64,000 nucleotides of DNA from NCBI GenBank assembly GCA_040285825.1, contig JAUPSS010000002.1:1-64000 (forward strand). The letters run 5' to 3'. The notes below the pieces were generated by a model, which saw only the letters and a list, made by a program, of their open reading frames with translations, was not told the DNA's origin and made no database searches. This document shows positions 46,649 to 58,177 of this stretch, piece after piece; the stretch's first letter is position 1; each line of letters begins with the position of its first letter. The position numbers and the translations under genes were made by a program. This DNA comes from Eukaryota sp. TZLM1-RC (lineage: Eukaryota > Protista > Metamonada: BaSk clade).

Positions 46649-48286
46649 ATGTTTTCAAAGCTATTGCATCACGTTGGTCGTACTCTTGACTTCACAATAA
46701 CACCCCAACTTGCGTCCTTTTCTTTTCTCTTTCAGGATTCATCTCTCAACTCATCGAGGGACGATCTTCTCCGGTTCTCTGCCAGACGGCTTCTGTCGTT
46801 ACCTTTTGCTTATACATTTTTCCATATCTCTTCATCCCCTCTCCAGGTTCCATACACTGCACCAACCTTTGGAGCCCTCACTAATGGTCTTTTAGCAGAA
46901 GTTCCGAGTTCTGTACTCGAAGTTTCTTCCTACGCTCAACAGTATCTCTCTTTCTGCTCTTTCTGCTCACATGTCATTACTACCACTCCATTCATGCCTA
47001 CAACTACCAGCAGAGAACCAAACTCTATCAAACCTTCACCAATTCCTCGAGCTTGGTTTCTCTCCAATCTACCTACTGATCCTACACATGCTGGAGGTTA
47101 CCTTCTTGCTTTGGGAGTTTTAGAGAAGCTTGCTTATATAAACTCTGCTGATCTCAAGTATTGTATCTCTATGAATAAATTTACTTCAATAGGCATTATA
47201 CTTGGTTATGCTTGCTCTTCTATAGGTTTAATCAATGGATCATTTTTGGAGATTATTAATGAAAATATTTCCAGGTTTTTTCTTGCGAGTAATAACCCTG
47301 ATAAAGTGTGTTCTCAAATTTTCACCATTTCATTGTTGTCCTTTGGCTTAATTCACATGAGTAGATGTTTATTTTCAGCTTCGTTTTTTCTTTTAGATAT
47401 TTTCCACAAATTAAACACCAAGTACAATACACAGTTCTCCATCTTTCATAGTGAGAGAATGACTGTCTACTTAACTTTGGCATTAGGCTTAGGATGTGTT
47501 TACTATCAAGGTCATAAAGAATGTCCTTTACAACTCAGAAATACATTGACCAATCTTATTTTTGACCGTGACACGTGTTTGTCGACAACTGGAGTGGTAG
47601 CTCTTGGGCTTATTTATTCAAATTCAAATGATTTTTCGATGTCTCAGCTTGTCAACCCTGATCTGACAAACTTGGAGCTTACAGAATTTCCCTGCTGCTC
47701 TCTATTATTCACTAGATGTTTATCATCAGCTCTTATTTGTCCTGAAAAGTCTTTTGACCTTTTAAGAAATCACGTCAGCAATTTGACAGCTGATGACGTC
47801 ATTTCAACGGATTGTTACCTGTCTAAGTGCTCGTTCGCTCAAATGATTGGCACTTTGGTTGGTTGCTCTCTATCATTATTTAATTCAGAATATTCATCTG
47901 AATTAAGATCAGTGTCAACTTTCTTGTTCAAGAGAGTGTTACTTAATTCTTCTATTTTACCTTCCTTTATATTGAATTCAGTTTGCTTAGCATTTGCATT
48001 GAATTATTCAACCACCTGTTCTTATTCGGCTACACGGTTAATTTTTAGATATCAGACGCTTTGTCAAGGTCCTGACACTTGGATGATCTCTTCTTTGAGC
48101 TTGTCACTTGTCAACTTGGGTCAGGGAAAATTTTATTTACAAAATGTAGGCTTTTTTGGAGGTATTTTGAATCTTGTTTTTTATTCAATTCTATTACCAA
48201 TTTCATCAGGCACTGGTACTCAACATTATTGTCCCTTATTAATGCTGTCTAGTTTTTTATTAATAAAATGTTTAAAGACAAAATAA
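46649..48286 (+). CDS. APC1-like protein limited to the proteasome/cyclosome (PC) repeat domain, 545 aa
   Basis: Motifs in APC1 order: RRLLSLPFAYTFF, AWFLSNLP...HAGGYLLALG, TSIGIILG, LALGLG, VALGLIY, LFTRCLSSALI, LSLVNLGQGKFYL. Confidence 0.7.
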   Translation: MFSKLLHHVGRTLDFTITPQLASFSFLFQDSSLNSSRDDLLRFSARRLLSLPFAYTFFHISSSPLQVPYTAPTFGALTNGLLAEVPSSVLEVSSYAQQYLSFCSFCSHVITTTPFMPTTTSREPNSIKPSPIPRAWFLSNLPTDPTHAGGYLLALGVLEKLAYINSADLKYCISMNKFTSIGIILGYACSSIGLINGSFLEIINENISRFFLASNNPDKVCSQIFTISLLSFGLIHMSRCLFSASFFLLDIFHKLNTKYNTQFSIFHSERMTVYLTLALGLGCVYYQGHKECPLQLRNTLTNLIFDRDTCLSTTGVVALGLIYSNSNDFSMSQLVNPDLTNLELTEFPCCSLLFTRCLSSALICPEKSFDLLRNHVSNLTADDVISTDCYLSKCSFAQMIGTLVGCSLSLFNSEYSSELRSVSTFLFKRVLLNSSILPSFILNSVCLAFALNYSTTCSYSATRLIFRYQTLCQGPDTWMISSLSLSLVNLGQGKFYLQNVGFFGGILNLVFYSILLPISSGTGTQHYCPLLMLSSFLLIKCLKTK

Positions 48287-49155
48287 AAAATCTGTTTTAT
48301 TGTTAAAAAATGAAAATCAAACTACAATCGCTTTTATTAACCAATACTTCCAAAACAGTTATTGATGAATTAAATCCTTTCTTGATCAATTATTATAGGA
48401 TCATCACCTCAATTTTTATCATAATCTTTTCTTAAAAAATGTTATCCACACAGTTTTGAACCATTTTGAAAATGTATTTGTAGATGAACCAAAACATCCA
48501 CAAGGAAAATTAGCAAATGGTTTAACCTTATTGAATTATATCTACTAAAATTCAAGGCTAAACTTTGACTTATCGTCATGTTGAACAGTTCACTTAACAA
48601 ATTAAAAAAATTTCTGCTTGAAAGTCAACATTGTATTGAAACAATATCTGAGTCCAAGATATCGTGACAGTTTTTTTATCAACAATCAGTGTCTTTCAAA
48701 AAATAAGACAGACATCAGTTTCTTTCTAAGGAGATAAAATATTTTCAACTTCAGAAATGACAATCAAATTTTGAAAACAATTCATAACACAAAAGATTGC
48801 CCTACTGAATTTTCAGAAGTAACTTAGCAAATAAGCAGAGCAAACATTGTTGTACTTCAAGGGAGAAACAAACTCAATTTACATTTGTTTGGACCAATGC
48901 TGCCTTTAAAAGGAATGACTCCTTCCTCTGCAAAGAAACGAACGCTTAATGATTTGAAATATATTCAATGACCATTCAACCACTGCGCTACTGTTTCCTA
49001 GAAGGGAATTATTTTATGCTCAATAAGAGGGAGAACAATTACAAAAACTTATCATACAGAGAAACTATTTGAAATATTTGGAAGATAAACATGAATTAAT
49101 TCAAAAAATTAGTTTATTACCACTTAATAAATCTGAATAATGTACAATTTGCCTA

Positions 49156-50100
49156 TTAATTTACTCTGAGGCCAGAAATTCTTTTAATTGCGGAAAGTAT
49201 TATTGTATTCAAAACTTCGCGAGACTCTTTTCTTTTTTGAACCAAAGTACTAGCCTGAGTGATCATATTTGGTAAAATTACTGATTCAACCTCCTGTTCT
49301 ACTTTACAATTAAAATAACCAGATCTTTCAAGTGAACCTACTACCCTAGTTTCTAAATTTTCAACCAAAGACTTTGCAAAGTTAGCAACAACGACCTTCT
49401 TGGAGACCTTTTCCTCTCTTTCTTTCTTTTCCTCAATTTGCCTCTTTCTCCTCTCAATTTCATCCCTTTTTCTTCTTTCCATTGCTTCAATCCTTTCTGT
49501 TTGGGAAAGTTCCGCATTTCTACGTTGACTAAAGTCATCCCTTCTCCTTCGGAGTGCAGCAATCTCTTCTTCCTCTAGAACTTCTGCCAAACCTTGTTCC
49601 AAGGCCTTGGAAACAAGAACATCAACTATAGGGACAACTTCACGATCAAAATCAAAAAGGTCACCTTCCTCAATCTGAGTGGTAACGTCAACCCCAGACT
49701 TTACCGGAACGAACTCAGGGGTGGGGGGTCTTTCTAGAAAAGGGTCAGTTTGCAGGGCTATGTTGATGTCTTCGGGTTGGTCAACAATTTCTTCAAGATA
49801 TTGCTCTGTTTGTATTTCATTATGGAGCCGTCCCTCTACAGGTGGTGGGCCATCAGATACTAGAGTTGAGGTAGATGAATGAGATTTGAGACGTGATTTG
49901 ACTCTCTTGCGTGAAGGAGAAGATTTTTGAGGGGAAAAGTGTTGTTGCATTTGAGAGCGAAACATGGGAGTATTGATGGTTGAACCCCTGACAATACGTC
50001 TGTCATACATCATGTTTTGAGGCATAGTTCCATCACGGTAAGGCTTTGAGGTCTGTTCTATTACTGCTCGAGGCTGCTGCAGAAAGTTGTATGAATCCAT
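49156..50100 (-). CDS. RSPH3: Radial spoke protein 3, 314 aa
   Basis: YNFLQQPRAV, NMMYDRRIVRGST, PPVEGRLHNEIQTEQYLEEI, FLERPPTPEFVPVKSGVDVTTQIEEGDLFDFD. First ATG is 50100; the track extension from 50235 is Fanzor-derived. Confidence 0.95.
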   Translation of the reverse strand: MDSYNFLQQPRAVIEQTSKPYRDGTMPQNMMYDRRIVRGSTINTPMFRSQMQQHFSPQKSSPSRKRVKSRLKSHSSTSTLVSDGPPPVEGRLHNEIQTEQYLEEIVDQPEDINIALQTDPFLERPPTPEFVPVKSGVDVTTQIEEGDLFDFDREVVPIVDVLVSKALEQGLAEVLEEEEIAALRRRRDDFSQRRNAELSQTERIEAMERRKRDEIERRKRQIEEKKEREEKVSKKVVVANFAKSLVENLETRVVGSLERSGYFNCKVEQEVESVILPNMITQASTLVQKRKESREVLNTIILSAIKRISGLRVN

Positions 50101-50475
50101 CACAATAAACAGAGTTTTTGAGAAGTTAGAGATTTTTCTCTTTGGCACTCTCTTTGTTGAACCTTCATCAACATTGGCTCTCTGTAGGTTTACCGATCTA
50201 TCTCCACCATTTACATGCCCCCTTCTCACTGCCAATATATTGAATAAGGTTTTTCGATCTCTGCTTCACAAACTTTCATGCTTCACACATGGTAAGTCCA
50301 TGACGAATAGACTTCTCTTACCTATTCTATCGGGGCGTTTCTTTACACGTGTTAATTGTTCCAATTGTTTTCTCCGATTTCCCACAGTTAAGCCAATTAC
50401 AACTGGTTCGAAACTCATCAATTAATAAAACCATGAAACCACCCTTTTTTTGATAGAATTCTCGTACCGTTTTTT
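50101..50475 (-). pseudogene. Fanzor relic (RuvC-II to C-terminus) abutting the RSP3 ATG
   Basis: KKGGFMVLLIDEFRTSCNWLNCG...IRHGLTMCEA*, then after a frameshift SL*SRDRKTLFNILAVRRGHVNGGDRSVNLQR. Confidence 0.85.
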
Positions 50476-50555
50476 TAATAAAAAATTTTCTTTTTAGTTG
50501 TTATTTTAAATTCACATATCTTCGTTGTTTCCACTTCGTTGTGTGCTATTACCCG

Positions 50556-52586
50556 ATGTCCCGAGCTCGTTCTGGTTCTATTGTTAGTCCGTCAGAGAGT
50601 ACTATTGCCATTTTAGTAGCATCAACCTTTTCTCCCTATAGTCCACTTTCTGACGAATTTCATGAAGCTGTTCTACCCTGCGTCAACACAAATGTCATTG
50701 AATATTCGTTAGAAGCATTAGAGAATGCAAAAGTTGACGAGATTGTTGTCATTTGTGCTGGACCTTATGCTATCGATCTACAACATTACTTGCTAGAAAA
50801 GGGACATCTCAAGCGATCCTCACCAAAAATCTCAACTTTAGTCCGATCGTCTGGTCTTTTCACCATTGTAGATGCCTTACAGCAAGTTGATGAATCCCTC
50901 CAAATCAACAGTACAGTACTTCTCATGGACGGTTGTGTCATCACCAATGCTCAACTTGATAAGCTGATATCCCATCATCGAGAAACTAAAAAGCGCACCC
51001 CTTCTTTGGGTGCGACTGTCTGCTTTGCTCCCGCCCCTGCTGACGTTGCAACACGTGGTATTATGAACCAGTACGTACCTGTTATTGACAATTCCAATCA
51101 TTTAGTTTCGTTTGTTTCTCCATCTATCTCTGTTGATTCTGAAGGGAAGACTACCAAAAATCTTTCACTTCAACGTAGAGTGCTTAGCAATAACAGATCT
51201 GCCATCATCAGGAGTGACTTGGTTTACACTGGAGTATCTGTGATTACCCCAGAATTCATAAGCTCTGCATTTGAATTTATTGATGCCCGAGACTTTGCTT
51301 CTCTGGTCAGCTCTTTTATCGCTCAGTCTTATTTACTCGGAATGACAATAGCCACAAGAGAAATGAAACGCTCTTCATTTTATAGAATAGATTCACTTCC
51401 CAGCTTTCTTTCTTGTGTTAAATCAATGTGTAAGAGGTGGCTTTTCCCAGTTTCTCCAGAAACGGAAATTGATAATAAGTCTTTTGTTTTGGAACCTAGG
51501 GGTTGTTATAGGTCTGAAAACGTCAGAATTGCCAGGTCATCTTCTGTTGGCCGTTGGTCTGTGATAGATGATGATGTGGTAGTCGAGAATGAGACTAGAA
51601 TTTTGTCCTCTGTTGTTAAGCAAAGTTGTAAAATTGGCAAATCTAGTATCATTTCACACAGTTTTGTTTGTGAGAATGTCGCTATTGGGTCCAATGTAGA
51701 GGTTATAAACTCTCTGATAGGGTCACAATCAATCATTTCTGATGGTGTTGTAATTGGAAACTATTGTACCATTTCGCCCAATGTTGTATTACCGAAAGGT
51801 TTGGCTCTTGAGGCTGGGACGGTCGTTACGTTGATGGAGTCTGAAGATGCGTTTGATACACTGAATGTTGAGCATCCTCACACTGGGGAGATTATTACAA
51901 TCAATTTGATTAAATCCAAAGTCAATGAAATTCTGGAGAAGGGCTCAAAATTATACAATATTGACCTACCACACAGACCATTACCATTCCGATCCGACTG
52001 TGCAACAGATTTGATTGGGTTTTCTGACCCTTTTGTAAGAGAGATCTACAGCTTAATTCAAGGTGCTAGGTATGATGATTCTCACTTGGAAAATGTTGTT
52101 TTGGAAGTTCACTCAATGCGATGTGCTCATGCAAAGACACCTCAGGAGTGTGTTACTGTATTGTTGTTTGTGATAATTGAGCTTTGTTTGTTGTCAAATA
52201 TTCCAAATTTTCGGGAATTTGTTGATGTTAGCCCTGAAGAAGATCAAATAGAAGAGGTTATAAGTGAAATAGATGAGTTAATTGAAAGATTTGACACTGT
52301 TATTACTCAATTTATGGGCTCTACAAATTCTGAAATTTTAAATGCTGAACTCAATTTGATTGAAGGTTTGATTGATTTTGCCGATCAATATTTTATAGTT
52401 ACTTTAATCTTCCAAAGACTTTTACATTTGCTTTACAACAATGATGTTTTATCTGAAGAAAGTATCACTACTTGGTACAATGATGCTGTTGATAGCGGAG
52501 ATGAATTAGATTTGAAGTTTGCCAAGTTTTGTGAACCATTTATTGATTGGTTAAAGACTGCTGAGGAAGAATCTGAAAGTGATTAA
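50556..52586 (+). CDS. EIF2B5: Translation initiation factor eIF2B epsilon subunit, 676 aa
   Basis: Nucleotidyltransferase-like N-terminus (LPCVNTNVIEYSLE), hexapeptide beta-helix, W2 end (LYNNDVLSEESITTWY...PFIDWLKTAEEESESD). Confidence 0.93.
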   Translation: MSRARSGSIVSPSESTIAILVASTFSPYSPLSDEFHEAVLPCVNTNVIEYSLEALENAKVDEIVVICAGPYAIDLQHYLLEKGHLKRSSPKISTLVRSSGLFTIVDALQQVDESLQINSTVLLMDGCVITNAQLDKLISHHRETKKRTPSLGATVCFAPAPADVATRGIMNQYVPVIDNSNHLVSFVSPSISVDSEGKTTKNLSLQRRVLSNNRSAIIRSDLVYTGVSVITPEFISSAFEFIDARDFASLVSSFIAQSYLLGMTIATREMKRSSFYRIDSLPSFLSCVKSMCKRWLFPVSPETEIDNKSFVLEPRGCYRSENVRIARSSSVGRWSVIDDDVVVENETRILSSVVKQSCKIGKSSIISHSFVCENVAIGSNVEVINSLIGSQSIISDGVVIGNYCTISPNVVLPKGLALEAGTVVTLMESEDAFDTLNVEHPHTGEIITINLIKSKVNEILEKGSKLYNIDLPHRPLPFRSDCATDLIGFSDPFVREIYSLIQGARYDDSHLENVVLEVHSMRCAHAKTPQECVTVLLFVIIELCLLSNIPNFREFVDVSPEEDQIEEVISEIDELIERFDTVITQFMGSTNSEILNAELNLIEGLIDFADQYFIVTLIFQRLLHLLYNNDVLSEESITTWYNDAVDSGDELDLKFAKFCEPFIDWLKTAEEESESD

Positions 52587-52734
52587 TCAACACTTATAAA
52601 ATTGTTTTTTCTTTTTATTTAAAGTTAATATTGAATTATTAAATTAAATCATAATTTCATGAACAAAGCACGCAACAACAAAAATTGAAAATCCAGTAAG
52701 TAAAAAACTAATATTACAATAAAAAATAGCATAT

Positions 52735-53094
52735 TCAATCTTTTCTGAGAATAAAATCCTCTAGATTGACACCATTGGGACAATAGTTTCCAAAAGGTAA
52801 CGGATCGTTTCTCTCCCTCTTCTTCCGAGACATATAGTAGTATTGTAGCTGAGTAATGTGGGTGAACATTTTATCAGCCTCCCTACTGATGTAAGGTCTA
52901 ATGGAAGACCTGCAGCAATCCAAAAAACGATGGACATTCCAAATGTCTACCGTTGTGTTATCAGCGAGATCAGTGTCTGGAAAAGCATGCATACTTGGAT
53001 CAAAAGGGTCCAACTTTGTGACATCAGAAAAAAGAGTGGTTGTGTCAGGAACAACAACAACACTGCATTTGCTGTTGTTGTCTCCAGACGTCAT
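52735..53094 (-). CDS. Hypothetical protein, 119 aa
   Basis: ATG-started ORF with higher GC than its flanks and a pyrimidine-rich upstream region. No recognised domain. Confidence 0.5.
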   Translation of the reverse strand: MTSGDNNSKCSVVVVPDTTTLFSDVTKLDPFDPSMHAFPDTDLADNTTVDIWNVHRFLDCCRSSIRPYISREADKMFTHITQLQYYYMSRKKRERNDPLPFGNYCPNGVNLEDFILRKD

Positions 53095-53187
53095 TAAGGA
53101 AAAAGGGAATGAAAGAAAAGGATGAAAAAAAGCTTATCTGAAAGAATGAATAGCATGAAATTCCAAAATTGAAGAAACTGCTGAAGA

Positions 53188-55467
53188 TTTTTTTATTTAT
53201 TGAATTTGCACACTTAATTAAATTAACTCATAACTAATGGGACGACTATCATTGAACCAAGATTTCCTCTACAAAATCTTGATCTGCTTGCTGTCTAGCT
53301 AAAGCTTCTCTTATTCGATTGAAAAACCGAGGTAATTCATTAATAATGGCAAATTGAATCCGTGAACGCCATAAAAAAATATCAAATCTTTTCATGGTTT
53401 TTTCTTGCACCATTTTTTGGAAGTCATTCAAAAAAGTTTCTGCTTCATCTGATAATCTTCCATTTATCGAAAATGGGAAAGCAATAAAAACCAGCTGTGT
53501 ATTTCTATCGGCATTAGCCTCTTCAATATCTTTATCATATTTTCTATGTTTCTCTTTTGCTTTAAAATCAAGAGCAGTCACAGGATTAAGTTTTCTTCTG
53601 TGAACCAAAGTATCATTTGCAACATTACATGAGACAAAGTCAACAATAGCTTCAGAATTATCAATCCAATCACAGTATACATCACCTCTATCATCAGAAC
53701 TAAAATTATTCAGAGAAAGTGTTTCCTTCAGCAGGGGCTCTTTGATACATGATATTCTTGCAGTTTGTGCCATATAGAAAACAGTGTCTCTAACAGCATC
53801 ATGTAATGAAGAACGATAAGTTATCAATTTAGAGCAATTTAGAGCATGGCGCAAAATGAGTTGAGGTGAATTCGAACAAATACATTTTTCTTTTGATAAT
53901 AATTGATTAACGGGGATATTCAAATATAATCTCATTTTTGTTACAAATGCTTCATTAGTGGCACACAATCCTAATCTTCGTGGTACAATGGTTACAAAAA
54001 GTGAAGAATCTGATGACTTGCTTTCACAAACAACCTTTTCCAATAACAATGAGTGATGATCTTGATTTAAAACAGCCGAGCTGCATATATCATTATAAAG
54101 ATCATTTTCATACATTCCAGTCAATCGTTTCTGTAATGTTCGAAGAGTGTACTTCAAATTTAAAACATTCTTTTCTGGAATATTGCCATTGAATGATTGG
54201 GGAAAGCATCGACCCCAATTTTCTGCATTAATTTTTGAAATTTCTTCATTTTAGCAAAAACAGTGGAACTTTGCGTTGCCATCAATAAATCTTCCCAATC
54301 TGCAAGTCTTTCGGAAAACTCAAAGATTGCATTTCTGCATCCACCAACAAAAGCACACGAGGTAAGAATAGAAGCCTTCGTCCAACCTAATCCGCCATAA
54401 TGTGGACTAAGATAAGCATGGTTTGGAATTTGGAACGTTTTACATCCCAGTAATTGTGACAATACTTTTGCACGTAATTCATTAAACTTCTGAGCCAAAG
54501 GTCTAGTGACAAGAGTATTTGTAGATCGAAATATATGATTAAAATTGGAACTAAAACACAGTCTTATAATGGTAAATTTGATGTGTTTTTGTATATCTAA
54601 ATTCATCATTCGGTCAATTTTGTCAGAAATTGAGTTCAACTTTTCAAACAATTTTTTGGTAATTTCATCATTATTTCCTAAAAACGAACCCAAATGACGA
54701 ATAGCATCAATTGAATATAATTTGGCTTGAATTTCAATACCATCAACTATTGTGGAAACTGGAGAATTCAATAACAAAACACATTTAAGTAAATTAAGTC
54801 GGAGACCAATTTTGGTAAATAATTCTTTAAAACACACAGTTGCTTGTTTCACAATATTTAAATCACCAATAAGCACAACATCATTCATATATGCAATCAT
54901 TTTTAGTGAAGGAAACATCTCTTGAATTTGCAATAAAATAGGATGAATGGCCAAACAAAAGAAAAGAGGTTCCAGCGGATCTCCTTGCTTTACACCACTT
55001 GATGAACTCAAAATGCAATTACCAAAATGTAAATTAGAATATGTACTATATGTTAATTGAAAATACGGCATTAATTCAGGCATATATTGCAATAAAGCAC
55101 CATGGATACTGCGACGACTGGGTGAATTGAATGCATTACTAAAATCCATTGACATACAAACATTGGATTCATTTTGGCGAAATAATACATCAGTAGCAAA
55201 TATCGCTGAAGAGACTCCATCAGTGGTATTAATTCCATATTGAAAGGGTAATAAAATCTTTTTTGCTTTCTCATTGAACCTGCTCAAGCAACACGCACAA
55301 AAAATATTTTGTAAGCTCTCAGAGACTGCAATAGGTCGAACATCCATTTTTGAATTTTTGACAAGTGCAGTCAAACGAGAACTTCTTAATTCTTCTGGAT
55401 ATCTGAGTTGACCAGTCAATATTTTGTTGAAAAATTTGGTTAATAAACCAAGACAATCCTCTGAAGA
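53188..55467 (-). mobile_element. CRE-like non-LTR element (family B), 5'-truncated
   Basis: RT ORF 54160-55419 (VRPIAVSE, QGDPL, YMND) and endonuclease ORF 53249-54157. Possible 7-bp TSD CTGAAGA at 53181-53187 and 55461-55467. Confidence 0.92.
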
Positions 55468-55504
55468 GTTGAATTAATATATTTAAAAAAGAATTGATTT
55501 TGTT

Positions 55505-56218
55505 AAACTTCCACACTTAACAAAATAAACTCATAACTAATGGGGCGAAATTCATTGAACCAAGATTTCCTCTACAAAATCTTGATATGCTTGCTGTCTC
55601 GCTAAACCTTCTCTAATTTAATTGAAATACAAAGGCAATCTATTGATTATGGCAAATAGAATTCGGGAGCGCCCTAACACGATGTCAAATCTTTTCATTG
55701 TTTTTTCCTGAACCATTTTTTTGAAAATCATTCAAAAAAGTTCCTGCTTCTACTGATAGTTTTCCGTTTATCGAAAATGGGAAAGCAATAAAAACAAGTG
55801 GTTTATTTCTATCAGCATTAGCTTCTTCGATATCTTTGTCATATTTTTTATGTTTCTCTTTGGCTTAAAATTCAAGAGCATCTACAGGATTAAGTTTTCT
55901 TCTTTGAACCAAAGTGTCATTTGCAACATTACAGAAGACAAAGTCAACAACAGCTTCAGAGTTCTCAATCCAATCACAGTATATATCACCTCTATCATCA
56001 GAACCGAAATTATTCAATGACAGTGTTTCTTTCAGCAGAGGCTCTTTAATACACGAGATTCCTGCAGTTTGTGCCGTATTGAAAACAGTGTCTCTAACAG
56101 CATCATGTAATGAAGAACGATAAGTTATCAATTTCGAACAATTCAGAGCATGACGCAAGGTGAGATGTGGTGAATTCGAACAAATACATATTTTTTTGTT
56201 AACAATAGATTAATGGGA
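55505..56218 (-). mobile_element. CRE-like family B 3' fragment
   Basis: ORF 55865-56158 (HALNCSKLITYRSSLHDAVRD...RGDIYCDW). Confidence 0.85.
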
Positions 56219-56440
56219 ATTGATTGTAAAAAGAAGAACTAACAGAAATATTAACAGATTGTTTTGGCAAAATAGAATTGTGTTTTCTATTGTTAAGGGG
56301 ATGTTGAAGATGGTTTCTGATGCTTTGCTTTCTCTTGGATCTCACTATGAGACAGTTGCCTCTAGTTGTTTTGTTTTGGGATAGATGGATTATTTAGATG
56401 TTGATTTTTAAGTCTTTTAATAAGTAAATATTATTAAAAA
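56219..56440 (+). mobile_element. CRE-like family A 3' fragment
   Basis: Close match to the reverse complement of 4200-4405. Confidence 0.85.
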
Positions 56441-56992
56441 AAGATCAATGTCAGCATTCAAATATAATTCCATTTTTGTTACAAACGCATCAAATGGAAT
56501 TTAAATTAAAAAACCTAAATGATTTACAATTTTAAAAAGGAAATTCGGGAATTGGGAAAACAAAAAAAAGTGTGCAAATATGACTATTGAATTGAACCTT
56601 TTTATAGACCTTTATTTATCATTGTTGAACAAAACTATCTTTTATCAACATCAATGACATTTATAATAACATTCTGCATATGTTCTCACTAGAAAAAGTT
56701 TTTGAATTACCAATCATTATGACATCCAACGTGAGTTGAAATTAGCAGGGTTATGTAAGCGACATGTTGGATAATGCATTGTTGAAAGAAGTCATCTTCT
56801 ATCCCGATTCTTTGTTCCGAAACATGTTCTAATTATTTCGTTTGAACTTAATTTGAGCAAAAAGAGGCCATATAGGACAAGTTATAGAAACTGGTAGATT
56901 GATTTATGCTGTGTTTAGCTTTCTGCTAGCTTTAAACTTTTGTAGTTGCACAATTTACAACCATAATGAAAATCAATTTACAATACAAATAT

Positions 56993-58177
56993 TTAAACAT
57001 AATGGGTTTCAAATCCACAACCACGCAGATCGAATTTTGTTTTGACTTCCTTCTGTAGTTTTCTGCTTCTAAGTAAGCCCAAGTCGCTTGCCTTAAAATC
57101 ATTGTTACTTAGATCTAATACCTCAAGGGGTTCCAACTGGTGACTCTCCATGATAGACGTCAAAAACTCGAAACTTTTCCCACAAAGTCTATTGCTTGAA
57201 AGAGAAAGAAAAGTAAGGCTATTTGATTGAGTTGATGCTGCCAAAATATAGATGGCCCCTTTATCTGAAATTTGATTTAGTAACAAATTTAAATTCTTGA
57301 GAACTTTTGAGTTGATGATAAGTTGTGCTATTTGTTTCGAATAGTGATCATTTATGAAGTTATTCGAGAAATCAATCGATTCTAAGGATAAAAAAGGATT
57401 AATTGAGTGCAGAAAAATAGGACAGTTAGGAGTCAAGATTTTTCCCAGTTTATTATGAGCTAGTGAAACGTGGCGCAATGCTGGCAGTGACTGGAAAGAA
57501 GGCAATAAATGCAACAACAACTGATCACTAATCGAAGAATCTGAAATTTCAAAGGAAACTAAAAGTGAAAGTTTAGAGAGTCCAAAACCAAGTGATCTGC
57601 AAACCTCATCAGTCAATGAAATTCCAGAGGCTTTTGAGCCGGGATCAATATCCAACAGAAAATCTGAGCGTATATAGTAAGAAGAAAGACAAAGTCGCAA
57701 ATCTTCTAAATTTGGTAAATAATTTAAAAGTTGATCAACAGAAAGTTCCCTACTTCCTATTTGAGATAAGGAAAGCTTACGAACGAAAGTTCCAGCGTAT
57801 TTCATGGTGGAAAGGAGTTCTGAGAATTGAGGTATCACAAGGTCGCGGTCAAAAAAACTGGGACTAGGTCTTTGATCATCACTGATGGCATTCTCTAATA
57901 AGTAGGTCAGTTGATGCTCTATATAGTACCTCTTCGAATTAGTCTTTGGTGCTCCAATAACAACATTCATCGGTAATTTGGAATTAACCAGCTTCTTCTG
58001 CCAATATAACTGATTCTCTATTTGTACAGCATATGAGAGTGGAATATCTTCTTCCAAGACATCAAAAACTAAATCTTGAAGTTCCGAAGAGAGTAAAGTA
58101 TTGATTTCTGGTATGAAATCAAGTATATTGTAGACTATGAAATTGAGAGCAAGGTCTTCAAGAGTGGGAGGAATCAT
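56993..58177 (-). CDS. Leucine-rich-repeat protein, TCTE1/DRC5-like
   Basis: PTLEDLALNFIVYN...DIPLSYAVQIENQLYWQK resembles the TCTE1 N-terminus. RI-type LRRs follow (LAHNKL, FSNNFI, LLLNQISDKGA, LSSNRL, LDLSNN). Confidence 0.75.
   Translation of the reverse strand: MIPPTLEDLALNFIVYNILDFIPEINTLLSSELQDLVFDVLEEDIPLSYAVQIENQLYWQKKLVNSKLPMNVVIGAPKTNSKRYYIEHQLTYLLENAISDDQRPSPSFFDRDLVIPQFSELLSTMKYAGTFVRKLSLSQIGSRELSVDQLLNYLPNLEDLRLCLSSYYIRSDFLLDIDPGSKASGISLTDEVCRSLGFGLSKLSLLVSFEISDSSISDQLLLHLLPSFQSLPALRHVSLAHNKLGKILTPNCPIFLHSINPFLSLESIDFSNNFINDHYSKQIAQLIINSKVLKNLNLLLNQISDKGAIYILAASTQSNSLTFLSLSSNRLCGKSFEFLTSIMESHQLEPLEVLDLSNNDFKASDLGLLRSRKLQKEVKTKFDLRGCGFETHYV

Noticed and set aside
48300-49140. Degenerate coding-like sequence between APC1 and RSP3 (also 40320-41040)
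   Set aside because: Many stops and no identifiable motif.
50087-50425. Plus-strand ORF, apparent GT...TG introns and a U1-like ACTTACC
   Set aside because: No sensible spliced product or U1 structure; the region is better explained as the antisense of the Fanzor relic.
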